This document shows positions 48,941-60,731 of a DNA stretch of 64,000 nucleotides, in pieces. A program made the position numbers and the translations under genes. Source of the stretch: Felis catus (lineage: Eukaryota); assembly GCF_018350175.1 (NCBI RefSeq), contig NC_058382.1, positions 52,206,001 to 52,270,000 on the forward strand. The letters run 5' to 3'. The notes beneath the pieces were generated by a model. It made no database searches, was not told the origin of the DNA, and worked only from the letters and a program-made list of their open reading frames with translations. Position 1 is the first letter of the stretch; every line of letters starts with the position of its first letter.

Positions 48941-50187
48941 GTGGCCGGTGCAACTGTCCCCCCCCCTTGTGTCACCGTCCACGTGATTGCGTGGTTTGTC
49001 ACAGCCCGTGAAACTGAGCGTCAGTCAGAGGATCCCCGTGCCATGAACCAGCTGGTGGTTACGATACCATTTCCTTTTCATATTTTCCTGTTAGTTAGAG
49101 GACCTTGTATTTATTTTGAAGTATTTTAAGAACCTGGTTCTCAGCATGGCTTGATACTGGATTCCTCCCCAGTGGCCAAATGATTCAGATAATAACCTGC
49201 TGGAGGGCACATCTTTGCTTTCCTCCGCAGAAGGCATGAATTCTCCTGAATATGCTAATGTGGCCTTAATTCTTATGACTTTATGGAATGGCTGTAGTCT
49301 GTCGATCACCCTTAATCTACCCCTGTCATTTGGATTTAGTAAAATTCTAGGACATGGAAGAAATGGCCTCATCAGTAACTCTTTTGTGAACAATCTCTTT
49401 ATTTCGTGTGTTCATTGTTAGTGTGTGCGCGCGTGCTTCGGTCCATCCCACTCCAGTATTCCCCCCTACCTTGGCCCTGTGTCTCCCTTGGGGACTCTCT
49501 CCTCTCTAGTAAAGGAAAAGGTGTGCGTAGCTTTCTTTTTGTTAAGAAAAGCGTTGTGTTGTTGTTGTTGTTGCTGTTTTGTTTTGTTTTTCTGAAATAT
49601 AAATGCATATGATTGGGACCGAAATACCCAGTGTCCAAGATGGGGCTTGTAATCTGATGCTTGTTGGTAGGATTCTGGAGAGAGAATTTTCAGCAGATCT
49701 GGGAACATACCTCTGAGCCCAGTGAGGGGAAAAATGTCAATTACTCCAACCCCAAATGCCTAAGACTTTGCATGCTTGGAAAATGTCCAGTAACCCCAAT
49801 TTCAATTTTTTAACTGTTTTTTTATTAACTTATAGAGATGCCAAAATGTATTTCAAAAAGGTTCTCTGTTCGCATAGAGACATGGAATTGTGAGAACCAT
49901 TTAGCGCTGATACTTAGAAAGTGTAACGCTCCCGAAATTTATTTAATAGTAAACACATTGCAAGGAGCAATTAAGAGATGCTCACTGCTGAGCCCATGGT
50001 ACATCCTTAAGTCTGCACAGTTTGGGGTTTGATGCTGTGTGTTATCTGTATCTTTATCAAATGTCCTGTGTGATAAAACAACACACTCTCGTTCGCCTTT
50101 TTCTCTTACATTCATCGGAATCTGTAAATCCTACTAATTACAAGACCTCAGAAAGCACACTCAGTGTTCCTGATTCTGGTTTTAAAA

Positions 50188-50402
50188 TGGAGATCAGCAA
50201 ACTATGCTCTGCTGGGAACAAATCCAGCCCAACTACTGTTTTTGTAAATGAAGTTTTATTGGAACGTGACCATTGCCCATTTGTTTACCTTATCTCTGGT
50301 GGCTTTTGCTGTCATGCTATAAAAGTTGAGTAGTTTATATGGCCCACAAAACCTGAAATACTTACTCTCTGGTCCTTTCAAGAAAAAGTTTACTGACCCA
50401 TG
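50188..50402. mobile_element. MER58A hAT MITE, full length
   Basis: TCAGCAAACTA...TGTTTTTGTAAATGAAGTTTTATTGGAAC...TATGGCCCACAAAACCTGAAATA...AAAAAGTTTACTGACCC; flanks TTTTAAAA/TTCTAGAG fit the hAT-Charlie 8-bp target. Confidence 0.9.
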
Positions 50403-50809
50403 TTCTAGAGGACTTATGTCCATTTGGAGAGAAAAATCTGTTCCACTAATTCAGAATGAGCAGGTTGGTTTGATTAGTATCTATTTCCACACATATGGAA
50501 ACAATTCAAATTACACATGATTTACTTATCAAATTTGGTTAATCCAAAGCCTAGGGGATGGGGATAGGGGAGAGATTGAAGTTAGCTTTTTTTTTTTTTT
50601 TCATCATAAAGTTAAAATGTTAATGGTCAAAGTCAAATAAAAAATTATAAAAGGTTTCAGGTTCGTAGAAGGAATAACATTCTTGGGAGTGAAGTATGTT
50701 TGGCCACACCATACTCTCTGGATTCAGGGATAATTTCAGGGTTGGGAAGAAAATTCTGGTGCCAACGCAGTACTACTGTCCTGTAAGGAGACTTGACTTA
50801 TCAGGGTGG

Positions 50810-51030
50810 AGGGAAAACTGAAATCCCAGTCTCGCCAGCTTCTAATTGTATGATTTTTGTTCAGGTTTTTCATACATTCTCAGCCTTTGTTTTATTTATA
50901 AAATACTGGTAATTAGGTCTACCTTGGAAGGGCTCCACAGGGTAAGATGTGGCAAAATCTCTAATTGTCCCTTCCCTGAATAGTATCTGCCAGAGAGTAG
51001 GTCCTCAAATATATTTAATTCACAGTGAGT
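50810..51030 (+). mobile_element. MIR SINE (degenerate)
   Basis: AAATCCCAGTCT...CTCAGCCTTTGTTTTATTTATAAAAT...TAGTATCTGCCAGAGAGTAGGTCCTCAAATATATTT. Confidence 0.5.
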
Positions 51031-51834
51031 GTTTGTCTTATGGAATGCATTTTGTAAATTTCTACAGGGGAAGAATGTCTTAAAGTTCTAGATGGGTGAT
51101 GGCAGTTGACACGTGGCTTAATTAGGAAGTATGATCCTCACTGAACCTTTAACATCCCCACATCCTTCTGGGTGTTGCTTTGCAGACCGAGTATCCCAGA
51201 AAGGAGTACAGTGTCCTAAAGCCTGTGATTTCCTTAAGGAAGAAGGAGCAAATGTACGAGAGCCTCCCTTTAAGGAGGTAAAACTCTGGGCACCCCATCA
51301 CACTGCAACAGCAGAGGTCCAGCCTGTGGGTAACATGTGTATCGTCCAGCCAAAGGGAAAAGGGAAGAAGCTGTTTATAAATATTGAAGAGGCAGGGAGA
51401 GCATGCACCAGGGCCAGGCTGCTTTAACGTGCCTGCTGTTCCACAGCGGCTTCTAATGGACATTTGCAAAGTGGTGTCCCCCGTGCTCCCCCTCCCCACT
51501 CTAATGCCCTCGGAGAAGCTCTTCTGGAAACATGCAGTCTGTAACTTAGCTGGCTTTCAACACAGTTACCCAGTGTGATTCAGTGTGTCCCATTTCTCTA
51601 CGAGGGAGGCGGCCACAGACCAGTCAGATGTGACTGTGGCCCCGTGTGCCGATGCCCCAACCAGCATGCGTTGTGCGCTGAGAAGACGGTACAGCCGTCG
51701 AGCGCTCGGCTTCTGCAGGCGGTGTTGGCCTCACTTGGACACTCTGCATGGGTTCCCCTTTCCTCAGCTTCTGTTTGGACTTCATTTCCTGAAGCAAGCC
51801 TGGTTCCGATGTCAGATAAGCCCTCCCAGGCCTG

Positions 51835-51835
<1 letters not shown>

Positions 51836-51885
<50 letters not shown>

Positions 51886-51890
51886 CACAC
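51836..51890. repeat. (CA)n microsatellite
   Basis: Directly visible. Confidence 0.95.
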
Positions 51891-52191
51891 TCTCTCTCCC
51901 TTTCTCTTTTCTCTCTCCCTCTTTCTCCTCGATAGCAACTACCCTGAAACCATCCCAAGTAACAGGCTTCAGTGGACAAGCAGTATCATTAACCCGATAC
52001 ATCCTCTTGGGCTGCATTTTTTTGAATTAATTCAGAAGTCGTAATGGCTTTTGTGTCTCAAAGACTTTTTCAGGCTCATTTTATGCTATTTGGGCTCCAG
52101 AATCCATTTTTTTTTCCCCAACTCTCTGATGTGCCTGATGTCATTGCTGCTTGCCATCCAGAAGATTCTTCCCTGTGCACATGTGTTTCTT

Positions 52192-52406
52192 TTTTTTTTT
52201 TTTCAATGTTTATTTATTTTTGGGACAGAGAGAGACAGAGCATGAACGGGGGAGGGGCAGAGAGAGAGGGAGACACAGAATCTGAAACAGGCTCCAGGCT
52301 CTGAGCCATCAGCCCAGAGCCCGACGCGGGGCTCGAACTCACGGACCGCGAGATCGTGACCTGGCTGAAGTCGGACGCTTAACCGACTGCGCCACCCAGG
52401 CGCCCC
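52192..52406 (-). mobile_element. Young feline Can-SINE (SINEC_Fc-type), CpG-intact
   Basis: CCCGACGCGGGGCTCGAACTCACGGACCGCGAGATCGTGACCTGGCTGAAGTCGGACGC; TSD TGTGTTTCTT at 52182-52191 and 52407-52416. Confidence 0.97.
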
Positions 52407-53154
52407 TGTGTTTCTTGTAATGTCTTGGTAGAAGGAGCACAGAGCAGTCCACACGGACATTCTGGCTCTTCTTTTGAGCTCCAGGTACTTGATCAGTCTT
52501 TAAGGTGTAACAGAACAGTTTTACCAAATGGTTTCTGATATGTGACACAGATCCACATGGTGTCCCTGATCGACAGGTGGCTGTTGTCTGTTTAGTGAAT
52601 AAATATCCCAGCTTCTTTCCCCTACGCCCCCCTTGCCCCTGGGAAATCATCATGATCTACATTTGTCTTAGGGAAGGAGAAAGCAAAGACTGGCAACCTA
52701 ATTCCTAAAAGGAACAGCTCAGGACTTACACACTCTTCCATTTTTCAGGCCTTTGATAGAAGCCTGGATTCCCCAGCCACCTTCACGCAGGCTGGGGGAC
52801 AGTGGCTTTCCCTGCCCAGCACACCCCAGGCTGGGGAAAGGGGAAAGCTAATTTGAGGGACCCCAGTTCTCTCTGTCTGCGGTGTATCTTCATTATACAA
52901 CCTGGAGGTGATTTTTAAATTCTAGTCTGTTGGTTTCTACCTTACTGTGTGAACTTAAGTATATTTATATTGCTTGTGATTATGGCTACATTGGTCCTCA
53001 TTTCTGAATTGCATTTCATGTTTCCTCTCTACCAAATGTTTTCTTTTGTTATTATATTTAATTCTTTTTCAACACTTTTTTGGATTGATCCCCATGCATC
53101 ATTTCCCCCCGTGCTGCTGGTTTGGGAACTAAATCTGATAAAAAAAATCATATT

Positions 53155-53368
53155 GGGGCGCCTGGGTGGCTCAGTCACTTGGGCATCTGACTTCAGCTCA
53201 GGTCATGATCTCACCATTCCATGGGTTTGAGCCCTGTGTCAGGCTCTGTGCTGACAGCTCAGAGCCTGGAGCCTGCTTCGGATTCTGTGTCACCCTGTCT
53301 CTCTGCCTCTCCCCCCCCCCCCCACCAGTCTGTCTCTGTCTCTCTCAAAAATAAATAAATGTTAAAAA
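53155..53368 (+). mobile_element. Can-SINE (SINEC_Fc-like)
   Basis: GGGGCGCCTGGGTGGCTCAG start; TSD approximately AATCATAT. Confidence 0.95.
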
Positions 53369-53402
53369 GAATCATATAATTAGTAGCTGGTGGAACTGGG
53401 AT

Positions 53403-53477
53403 TTCCTTCCTTCCTCCTTCCCTCCCTCCTTCTTTCTTTTTCTTTCTTTCCCTTTCTTTTCTTCTTTCTTTCTCTTG
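53403..53477. repeat. Polypyrimidine (CCTT/CTTT) tract
   Basis: Directly visible. Confidence 0.85.
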
Positions 53478-53833
53478 AAATTTTCACATACATATCTACA
53501 TTTTTTTTCTTACAAAGGGTAAAGCTATTTCATGTCTCTCTTATGTTAACCAGACTATACATGATATAATGACTCAGTGAAATCTTCCTCCTTTAAAAAA
53601 CTATCTTCCTTGTTATCGTTGTTTCAGTTCTTTGTCCAAGTCTTTTTTAAGTGTAATTTATTTGGTCCTGCAGTTGAGTTAAAAGATGCACAGCATTTGG
53701 GGATAATTTGACTGCGACTTGTCTTTTGTGTGTGTTCTCATCTGTTTCTGCCTTTATGGGTATTTTGGTTGGACCTAGAAAAGTCTGCTTAGGCACATGC
53801 CGCTTTAAGCGGGATACCTCGTTTTTCTCTGAG

Positions 53834-53834
<1 letters not shown>

Positions 53835-53882
<48 letters not shown>
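53835..53882. repeat. (TG)n microsatellite
   Basis: Directly visible. Confidence 0.95.
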
Positions 53883-53884
<2 letters not shown>

Positions 53885-54389
53885 TTATCTTTTCCATATT
53901 ATCTGTTGAATATCTTGCCATGCTTCTGTAGAACCTCTGAAAGATTTCTCCCTTTGGATTCATCTATAAATTAAAAATAACTGTCGTGGTCACTTCTCAG
54001 GCACGATGATACTGTTACATGTTTACTGCCTGCTTTGCATACCGAGTTCATATCCATCATCCAGGAGTGTGGCCAACTTCTGAGAGGCAAGCCCTTGGTC
54101 TGCCAGCATGGAGCACCAGGAGAAATTGCTGGCTTCCCAACTGGCTTAGGGAAAGCTGTTGCTGCTAATATCCCTGGCCGACTTTTATCTCTGCCTCTGA
54201 ATTTGTCCCAAGTCTAGTGGTGCATTATTCGTTCATTCATTTCCTCAGTTAAAGCCTGTCTCAAAAACCTACTCTGTGTCATTTGCTGCGTACAGGTATT
54301 TGAAATAGAGATATAAAACTTTGCATTTTAATTTACTATAAATGTCAGTGTGAATTATTGGTTGTTTGGATTTTCTTTCATAGTCTCCT

Positions 54390-54870
54390 CCAATGTTCTT
54401 GGGAATGGAAATTGCTGTAACCTTTCTGGAGGACACCCAGCCACGTCTACCCAAATTAAAATAAAATGTGGGCATCTCTTGATCTCACAAGTCTACTTTT
54501 TAAAAAAATTTTTTTTAACGTTTATTTATTTTTGAGACAGAGAGAGACAGAGCATGAACGGGGCAGGGTCAGAGAGAGAGGGAGACACAGAATCTGAAAC
54601 AGGCTCCAGGCTCTGAGCCATCAGCACAGAGCCTGATGTGGGGCTTGAACTCACGAACCGCGAGATCATGACCTGAGCCGAAGTCGGACGCTTAACCGAC
54701 TGAGCCACCCAGGCGCCCCTCACAAGTCTACTTTGAGGAATTTATCCTACAGAAACCATTCACATGTTGCAAAGTATAGGTATTACAGCATTGCTTTTAG
54801 TGACAAAAAACCCCAGAAAGGACCTAAAATAATACTCATTACAACAAGAACAATGGGTAACATTTCCAGA
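54390..54870 (+). mobile_element. Old L1ME-like fragment split by a Can-SINE
   Basis: GGGAATGGAAATTG..AACCTTTCTGGAGG...[SINE]...GGAATTTATCCTACAGAAA...CAGCATTG. Confidence 0.6.
54500..54719 (-). mobile_element. Can-SINE (SINEC_Fc-like)
   Basis: Perfect 15-bp TSD TCACAAGTCTACTTT at 54485-54499 and 54720-54734. Confidence 0.97.
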
Positions 54871-55143
54871 GCATCCGCTTAAGATGCTTTCCATGGATAT
54901 GGTCTCACTGTATCCATACAGCAATCCTGAATGAGGAGGGTCTTCTATAATTTCCATTTTTACCGACAGGGAACATTAGACACTGAGAATTTAAGTAATA
55001 AGTTCATAAAGCCAGTGAAGGATGTGGAGGGCTGAGTCCTCCTAAGGGGATTGGCTTTTAATAAATGTTTGAGCACCCCCTACAATGGCCTAAACATACT
55101 GGTTGGCATAAGTTGGGACCAGAGCTCTATTAAGATATATCCA

Positions 55144-55276
55144 GGGAAGCCTGGGTGGCTCAGTTGGTTAAGTGAGGTTAAGAGCCCTGCGTTGGACTCT
55201 GTGCTGATAGCTCAGAGCCTGGAGCCTGCTTTGGATTCTGCGTCTTCCTCTCTCTTTGCTCCTCCCCCACTCACGT

Positions 55277-55318
<42 letters not shown>

Positions 55319-55342
55319 AAAAATAAATAAACATTAAAAAAA
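55144..55342 (+). mobile_element. Can-SINE, left unit of a tandem dimer (internal deletion)
   Basis: GCCTGGGTGGCTCAGTTGGTTAAG then jumps to GAGCCCTGCGTTGG; (CT)n; A tail. Confidence 0.92.
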
Positions 55343-55344
55343 GT

Positions 55345-55567
55345 GGGGCGCCTAGGTGGTTCTGTCGGTTGAGCATCTGACTTCTGCTCAGGTCATGATC
55401 TTGTTGTTGTGGAGTTCAAGCCCCATGTCAGGCTCTGTGCTGATAGCTCAGAGCCTGGAGCCTGTTTCCGATTCTGTGTCTCCCTCTCTCTCTGCCCCTC
55501 TGCTGATAGCACTCTGTCTCTGTCTCTCTCAAAAATAAGTAAATATAAAAAAATAATAAAAAAATAA
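55345..55567 (+). mobile_element. Can-SINE, right unit of a tandem dimer
   Basis: Full body; the whole dimer is flanked by TSD AAGATATATCCA at 55132-55143 and 55568-55579. Confidence 0.95.
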
Positions 55568-55865
55568 AAGATATATCCATTTTTGTGTTAGTTGGGAAAA
55601 ACAAGATTGTAAGATAATGCATGAGCCTCAATGCTATGTTTGTAGGGAAACTTAGCTGCACCAAGTATTCACGTGTAGAAATTCTATTCGGGAAGGATGT
55701 GCATCAGGCTGTCTCTGTGTTTATCTTGCGGCGACGGGATTTGGGAGACGTTTTCACTGTATACGTTATCCGCTTGTGCGTTATTTATACTTTCATCAGG
55801 GAGCCCGTTTTATTTTTACAAAACCCGTGATACATTTAAATAGCTGAAGAACACTTAGAGTTAAT

Positions 55866-56093
55866 CAGAGCTTCTCGCACCAAGCTCACACCTGCAAGCT
55901 GGCACTGGTGACATCTGGGGCCACTTGTCAGGGGCGACCTGTGCATCATAGGATGTGTAGTGGTATCCCTAGCCTCTCCCCGTTAGATGCCGGTACGCCC
56001 CTCCAACGAGCTGAGGCAACCAGAAATTCTCCAGACCTTGGCAGACGTCCCTTGGAGGGGGGCGGGGGGGATGCCCTTAGTTGGGACCCTTTG
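55866..56093 (-). mobile_element. MER20 hAT-Charlie MITE
   Basis: CCTGTGCATCATAGGATGTGTAGTGGTATCCCTAGCCTCTCCCCGTTAGATGCCGGTA...CTCCAGACCTTGGCAGACGTCCC. Confidence 0.85.
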
Positions 56094-56439
56094 AGCTGAA
56101 TGCCGGCCGAGCCGTGTGTGGATCTCCCCATGCCAGCGGTTCTCACGAAGATCACGTCTCTGCATCTGAGGTCCTCCCAGCTCCATGCGACCGTCATGTG
56201 GAATCCAGAATCCTCTAAAGCAGAGCAGACGCATCTTCCTTTCCTCTTTCCGTTCACTTTACCTCCCCACTCTTGACTTGCCACCAGATACTCAGCGGGC
56301 CCCAGATCTCTATTTTCTGCTCTGCACCTCTTTCTGAATCTGGGAGTCGTCGGGGTGGGGGGCACGGATACTTCTTTCATCAGCAGCTTCCCCCAAATAG
56401 GGGGTTCCGGTGCTTAACAAGTTTCATTAAGAACACAGC

Positions 56440-57300
56440 TACTAAATATGCAAAATATATAGACTGTTCCTGTTGAGAATATAATTATACAGTAAATTAG
56501 CTCATGTCCAGTATGTTGCCTTTTAAGCACATCTTTGATGTTTCCAGTACTTACATAAGATATAGGGTCTGTTTATTAAGAGTCTTCAACTGTGTATAAA
56601 ACTAGACCAGTCAAAAGTAATGGTGTCTGCTGAAGGATTCTTTATCATATGAATTTACCTTCAGTCATCTATTATTTATTTCAGCTATTTTATATGCCAT
56701 TATAATAAATATTATGACAGAGAAAGCTTTTATGCTTCAACTTATTGTACTACTCTTTACTCGCCTGCAATCCTTCAGGAAAATGTAACCATGCTTTACC
56801 TATAGTTAACGTAAATCATCACTTACATTAGAATGAAAAATTCACTATGAAAAAAGGCTCTTTCTTCAATAGCGAGGCATAAATGCACAATCATGTTGAC
56901 TGCCAAACTCCTGTGCCATTGCTGTCCTTCCTTAAACTGTTTTTAAGCTGCAGAGTGAACGCATCGCACGGAGGGAAATTGGAAGGTTTTCGAATATTTT
57001 CACTCTCTTGTTAGTTTCTGGCAAGATAAGCATTTTTTATCCCGAGCGCAAAATATTGCCAATTACTGTCTAAGCATTTTTAATAGTTTTGCTTTACGCG
57101 GCACGTAACTCCTACACCAAATTAAATAAGCTGTTACCCAGTGCAATTTCTTCTTGAATCAGCCTCACAATTACCTATAGATATTGATACAGTTATTTTA
57201 TAAATTGAGTTCCAGCCACACCAGACAACGTTTTTGACCTGTGTATAATGAAGAAAGAGTTGTCATGATTTTCTTATTAGGGATGTTTGTGTATTTTTGC
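56440..57300. promoter_or_regulatory. Candidate conserved non-coding element
   Basis: About 850 bp, AT-rich and repeat-free, with retained CpGs, AGATAAG, CAATTA and GTAAAT motifs. Confidence 0.4.
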
Positions 57301-58299
57301 AGGTGGGAGGGCGGGGTTAGGAGGTGCTCATGAGGGCCTTGGAGTGGGGCGGGGGGATGCTGATGGTTGATCTGAAGGTTAGGAATGACAAACTCAGCCC
57401 CTGTCCCTCAAGGCTTCACAAAAAATCCCGGGCTGTGCCTAGGATGGTTTTTGGTTCGGTTTCCTATTTTGAGATGCAGAATGTGGTCTAAGACTATTTT
57501 TCTTGTTAAATGCACAGTGGCATATAGACAGGTGCAGTGTTTAGAGCCATAAAGGAGACTCTCAAACTCTCATTTCCCCTTGGGGGCCCTATCAGATAGA
57601 GCATTTATCGGTGCATCCTCTTCATGTTTAGGCTTGGCCAAGACTGGGCAAACGCCCCATCAGATGTTTTCATGATGGTTGTTTGAGTGAAAGGTACCAG
57701 ATCTGAAAGGAGACACAAGTATCTGTGCGCTGGCGCGTTTTCCGGGGAAGATGCTGCCGTTCCTTGGCACCATTAACATCACTTAAATAATACTGGAGAG
57801 ATTAGTGCTCTGAAGTCCCACATAGGATATTGATGAATTATTAAACCAGTTTAGTTAGGTCTGTATTGTAGTTGAGTGAATAATGCCATGTCAATAATAT
57901 GCTCAGCACCAGTGTCTCTTGCTGTTGTAAATGTGACAACTCCTATTTAAGGCTTCAGAACATAAAATCAGGACTGAGGGTATGTAAAGTGGAAGGGTGA
58001 GAGACATCAGCATAATGCAATTAAGGCCCATTGGATTAGAATTTGCAGGATGCCATTAGCAATAAGCTCTGAATGTAGATTATTGCCTTGGTTACATTTT
58101 CTCCTCCAGCAATAGGCTTCTCTTATAAATTCTAAATGCATAAAATAAATGGGATATAAAATAGACACAAATAAGAATATATCGATGATGTTAATTTCTT
58201 TATAGCTTCTCGGTGTTCCATGGTGACGACTTTGGCGACAGGGGTGCAGTGCAGTGTGGTTTCCAGCAAGGGCGTGAGCTTTGGAACTGTCCATATCTC

Positions 58300-58460
58300 A
58301 GCTGGAAATCTGGGTCTGTGTCTCACTAGCTGTGCCGCTTTCAACCTTTATCAGCCTCTGTTTTCTGGTCTGTAAAATGGGGGAATGATACACACTCTAA
58401 AAGATTCTTCACGTTACTATTAAATGAAAAATGTCAGGCATACCATAGATGCTCCTTATT
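58300..58460 (+). mobile_element. MIR SINE
   Basis: TCACTAGCTGTG...CAGCCTCTGTTTTCTGGTCTGTAAAATGGGGGAATGATA...TATTAAATGA. Confidence 0.7.
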
Positions 58461-59088
58461 TTTTTGGATTTTATAATTAATGAATATATATAAATTAGAT
58501 TTTTTTTTTTAAGGGAAACACAGAAATTAACTCTTCTATGAGTGTAAGAAATGGGTAGTAAGCACATGCCCATCAGATCCACACAGATCGGCATCTTCAA
58601 GTGAAGATACACAGTAGCTAATTGCCCCTAAATAGTAAATCTCGTATCTGCCATTGCATGTGATGAGTCTCCACTGATGAGGGAGATTTCCCTCTGGGTG
58701 TACCAGAGGCTCGGCTCCCTGTGCCCACTTAGCACATCTGGGTTTCTCCATCCTTCCACCTCCAACACCTGTCCTGGGTACTCCTCCTCTTGGCCAACGC
58801 AGAGGTAGTGTCCTCAAATACACAATGAAGAGCTGTCTCACCTGCTGCTTCCCTATGATTGTGTCAAAGGTGTGTGTGTCAAGCTGAGTGGAAGAAGCAA
58901 GGGTCACATACTAGATGAGACCATTCTGAAGTATACTTAGTTGATTTCACTGCGCACGCTCCATAATGCCCAATGGGTCTTGGTTCCCATGCCAAATACT
59001 CTGGGTTCACTACAAGGAGAAGTCAGATAATGGGGCAAACACGTTGATATACTCCCAGCTAATTCATAGGCCTTTATGACTAATGATG

Positions 59089-59301
59089 TTTTAAACATTT
59101 TTTTATGTTTATTTTGAGAGAAGGAGAGAGAGTGAGCACAGGTCAGGTAAGGGCAGAGAGAAGGAGAGACAGAATCCCAAGCAGGCTCTGCACCATGAGT
59201 GCAGAGGCTGGTGCGGGGCTCGAACTCACAAACCGTGAGATCATGACCTGAGCCGAGATCAAGAGTCAGACGATTAACCGACTGATCCACTTAGGTGTCC
59301 C
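59089..59301 (-). mobile_element. Can-SINE
   Basis: GGGGCTCGAACTCACAAACCGTGAGATCATGACCTGAGCCGAGATCAAGAGTC; TSD approximately AATGATG. Confidence 0.95.
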
Positions 59302-59964
59302 AATGATGACTTTTAAGTAAAAGTTTCTTTTTGTAAGTATGCTTGGCCACTTGAATTATGTGTAAACATTTTTAAAAGGCTTATTGCCATGAGCTATTAT
59401 TACCTTTTTTGTTCTTCCATTGGTTGTAAGTAAATTATGGGTGATATCTTTCCTCTTACATGTTGCAATGATGGGGGGAAGAAGAAAAGAAGTAAAGGAA
59501 GTGGAATCCGTGAAATATACATTTATTTTAGAGGCAGAGTTAGTGAATGAATGAATGAATGGATTCATGCTTGTGAATGTTGTTGCTGTTAATGTTGACC
59601 AATGGATTTGGTGGTTTCCTGGTGTTGGCCTTGATTTGAGGGCCTCTGGGGAGTAACAGGGCTGAGGGGGAGAGGGGACAGGTGGGTCGCATGGGCATTT
59701 TGGAGTATAGAACAGTGATTAAAACCATGGCTTGGTGTGAACTTGTTTCTGGCACTGTTATCTGGGTCAAGTTGCTCAAGAGCTTTCTGAACTTCAGTTT
59801 CTACATCTATGAAATGGTGGTGGGTGAAAACTGCCCACATTGGGTTGGGGATAGGTAGGGATGGGGGTGCTGTGGGTCAAGGACTCATATGACCAACATT
59901 CTGAGATCCCTCTTGTTGGCCTGTTATGTCCCATTCAGTCCTTTCAGTGAAGAATGAAGCGATT

Positions 59965-60058
59965 TGGTGCCGATGGTGGTGGGAGTGACGATGGTTATAA
60001 TGATGGTGATGATGGTAGTGATCATGGTGACCGCAGTGATGATAATGGTGAAAATGAC
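59965..60058. repeat. Degenerate (GAT/GGT)n trinucleotide repeat
   Basis: Directly visible; produces the His-rich spurious ORF. Confidence 0.85.
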
Positions 60059-60084
60059 AACAAAAACAGTCACAATAAGGACAT

Positions 60085-60300
60085 TCATTGCTAACAGTTA
60101 TAGAATACATGTCCAGTAATTGGGTACCATTCCAAGTGCTTTACATACATTACCTCGTTTCCTGATAAGGTAGGTGCTATCATGATTTCCATTTCATAGA
60201 GGCATAAATGGGAGATGTAACTTACGTATCTGGTCAGCGCTAGACCCGGAATTCAGACCCAGGCAGTAAAGCTGGAGTCCGTGGCCTTCACCAGCACCTT
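60085..60300 (-). mobile_element. MIR SINE
   Basis: AAGTGCTTTACATACATTACCTCGTTT...GGTAGGTGCTATCATGATTTCCATTTCATAGA...GGAATTCAGACCCAGGCAG. Confidence 0.75.
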
Positions 60301-60496
60301 TTAGGTTCACACCAATCATTGAATTTGGAAACTGGGTTATCATGGCCTCAGGGGGATTCAGTGAGTCCCTTTCCTCCTGTTTCGGGGTCCTGTATGATCC
60401 TCCATTGCAGAATTGCTATTCAGACTCTCTCAGAGATGCTTATATTAATTTTATGAAATACAGAAGGGAGACCACAATTACTCATGTACTTTATTA

Positions 60497-60731
60497 TTTT
60501 TTTTAAGTTTATTTATTTATTTTGAGAGAGAGAGAGAGAGAGAGAGCGCGCGCGCACGCAAGCATGAGCAGGGAAAGGGCAGAAAGAGAGGAGGAGAGAG
60601 AGACTCCCACGCAGGCTCCACACTGTCAGCACAGAGCCCAGTGCGGGGCTTGAACTCATGAACCGTGAGACCATGACCTGAGCCAGAATCAAGAGTTGGA
60701 CGCTCAACTGACTGAGCCACCCAGGCACCCC
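60497..60731 (-). mobile_element. Can-SINE
   Basis: (GA)n(GC)n; canonical body; TSD approximately TACTTTA(T/C)TATT. Confidence 0.95.

Noticed and set aside
59877..60110. His-rich 77-aa ORF
   Set aside because: Translation of a degenerate (CAT/CAC)n simple repeat
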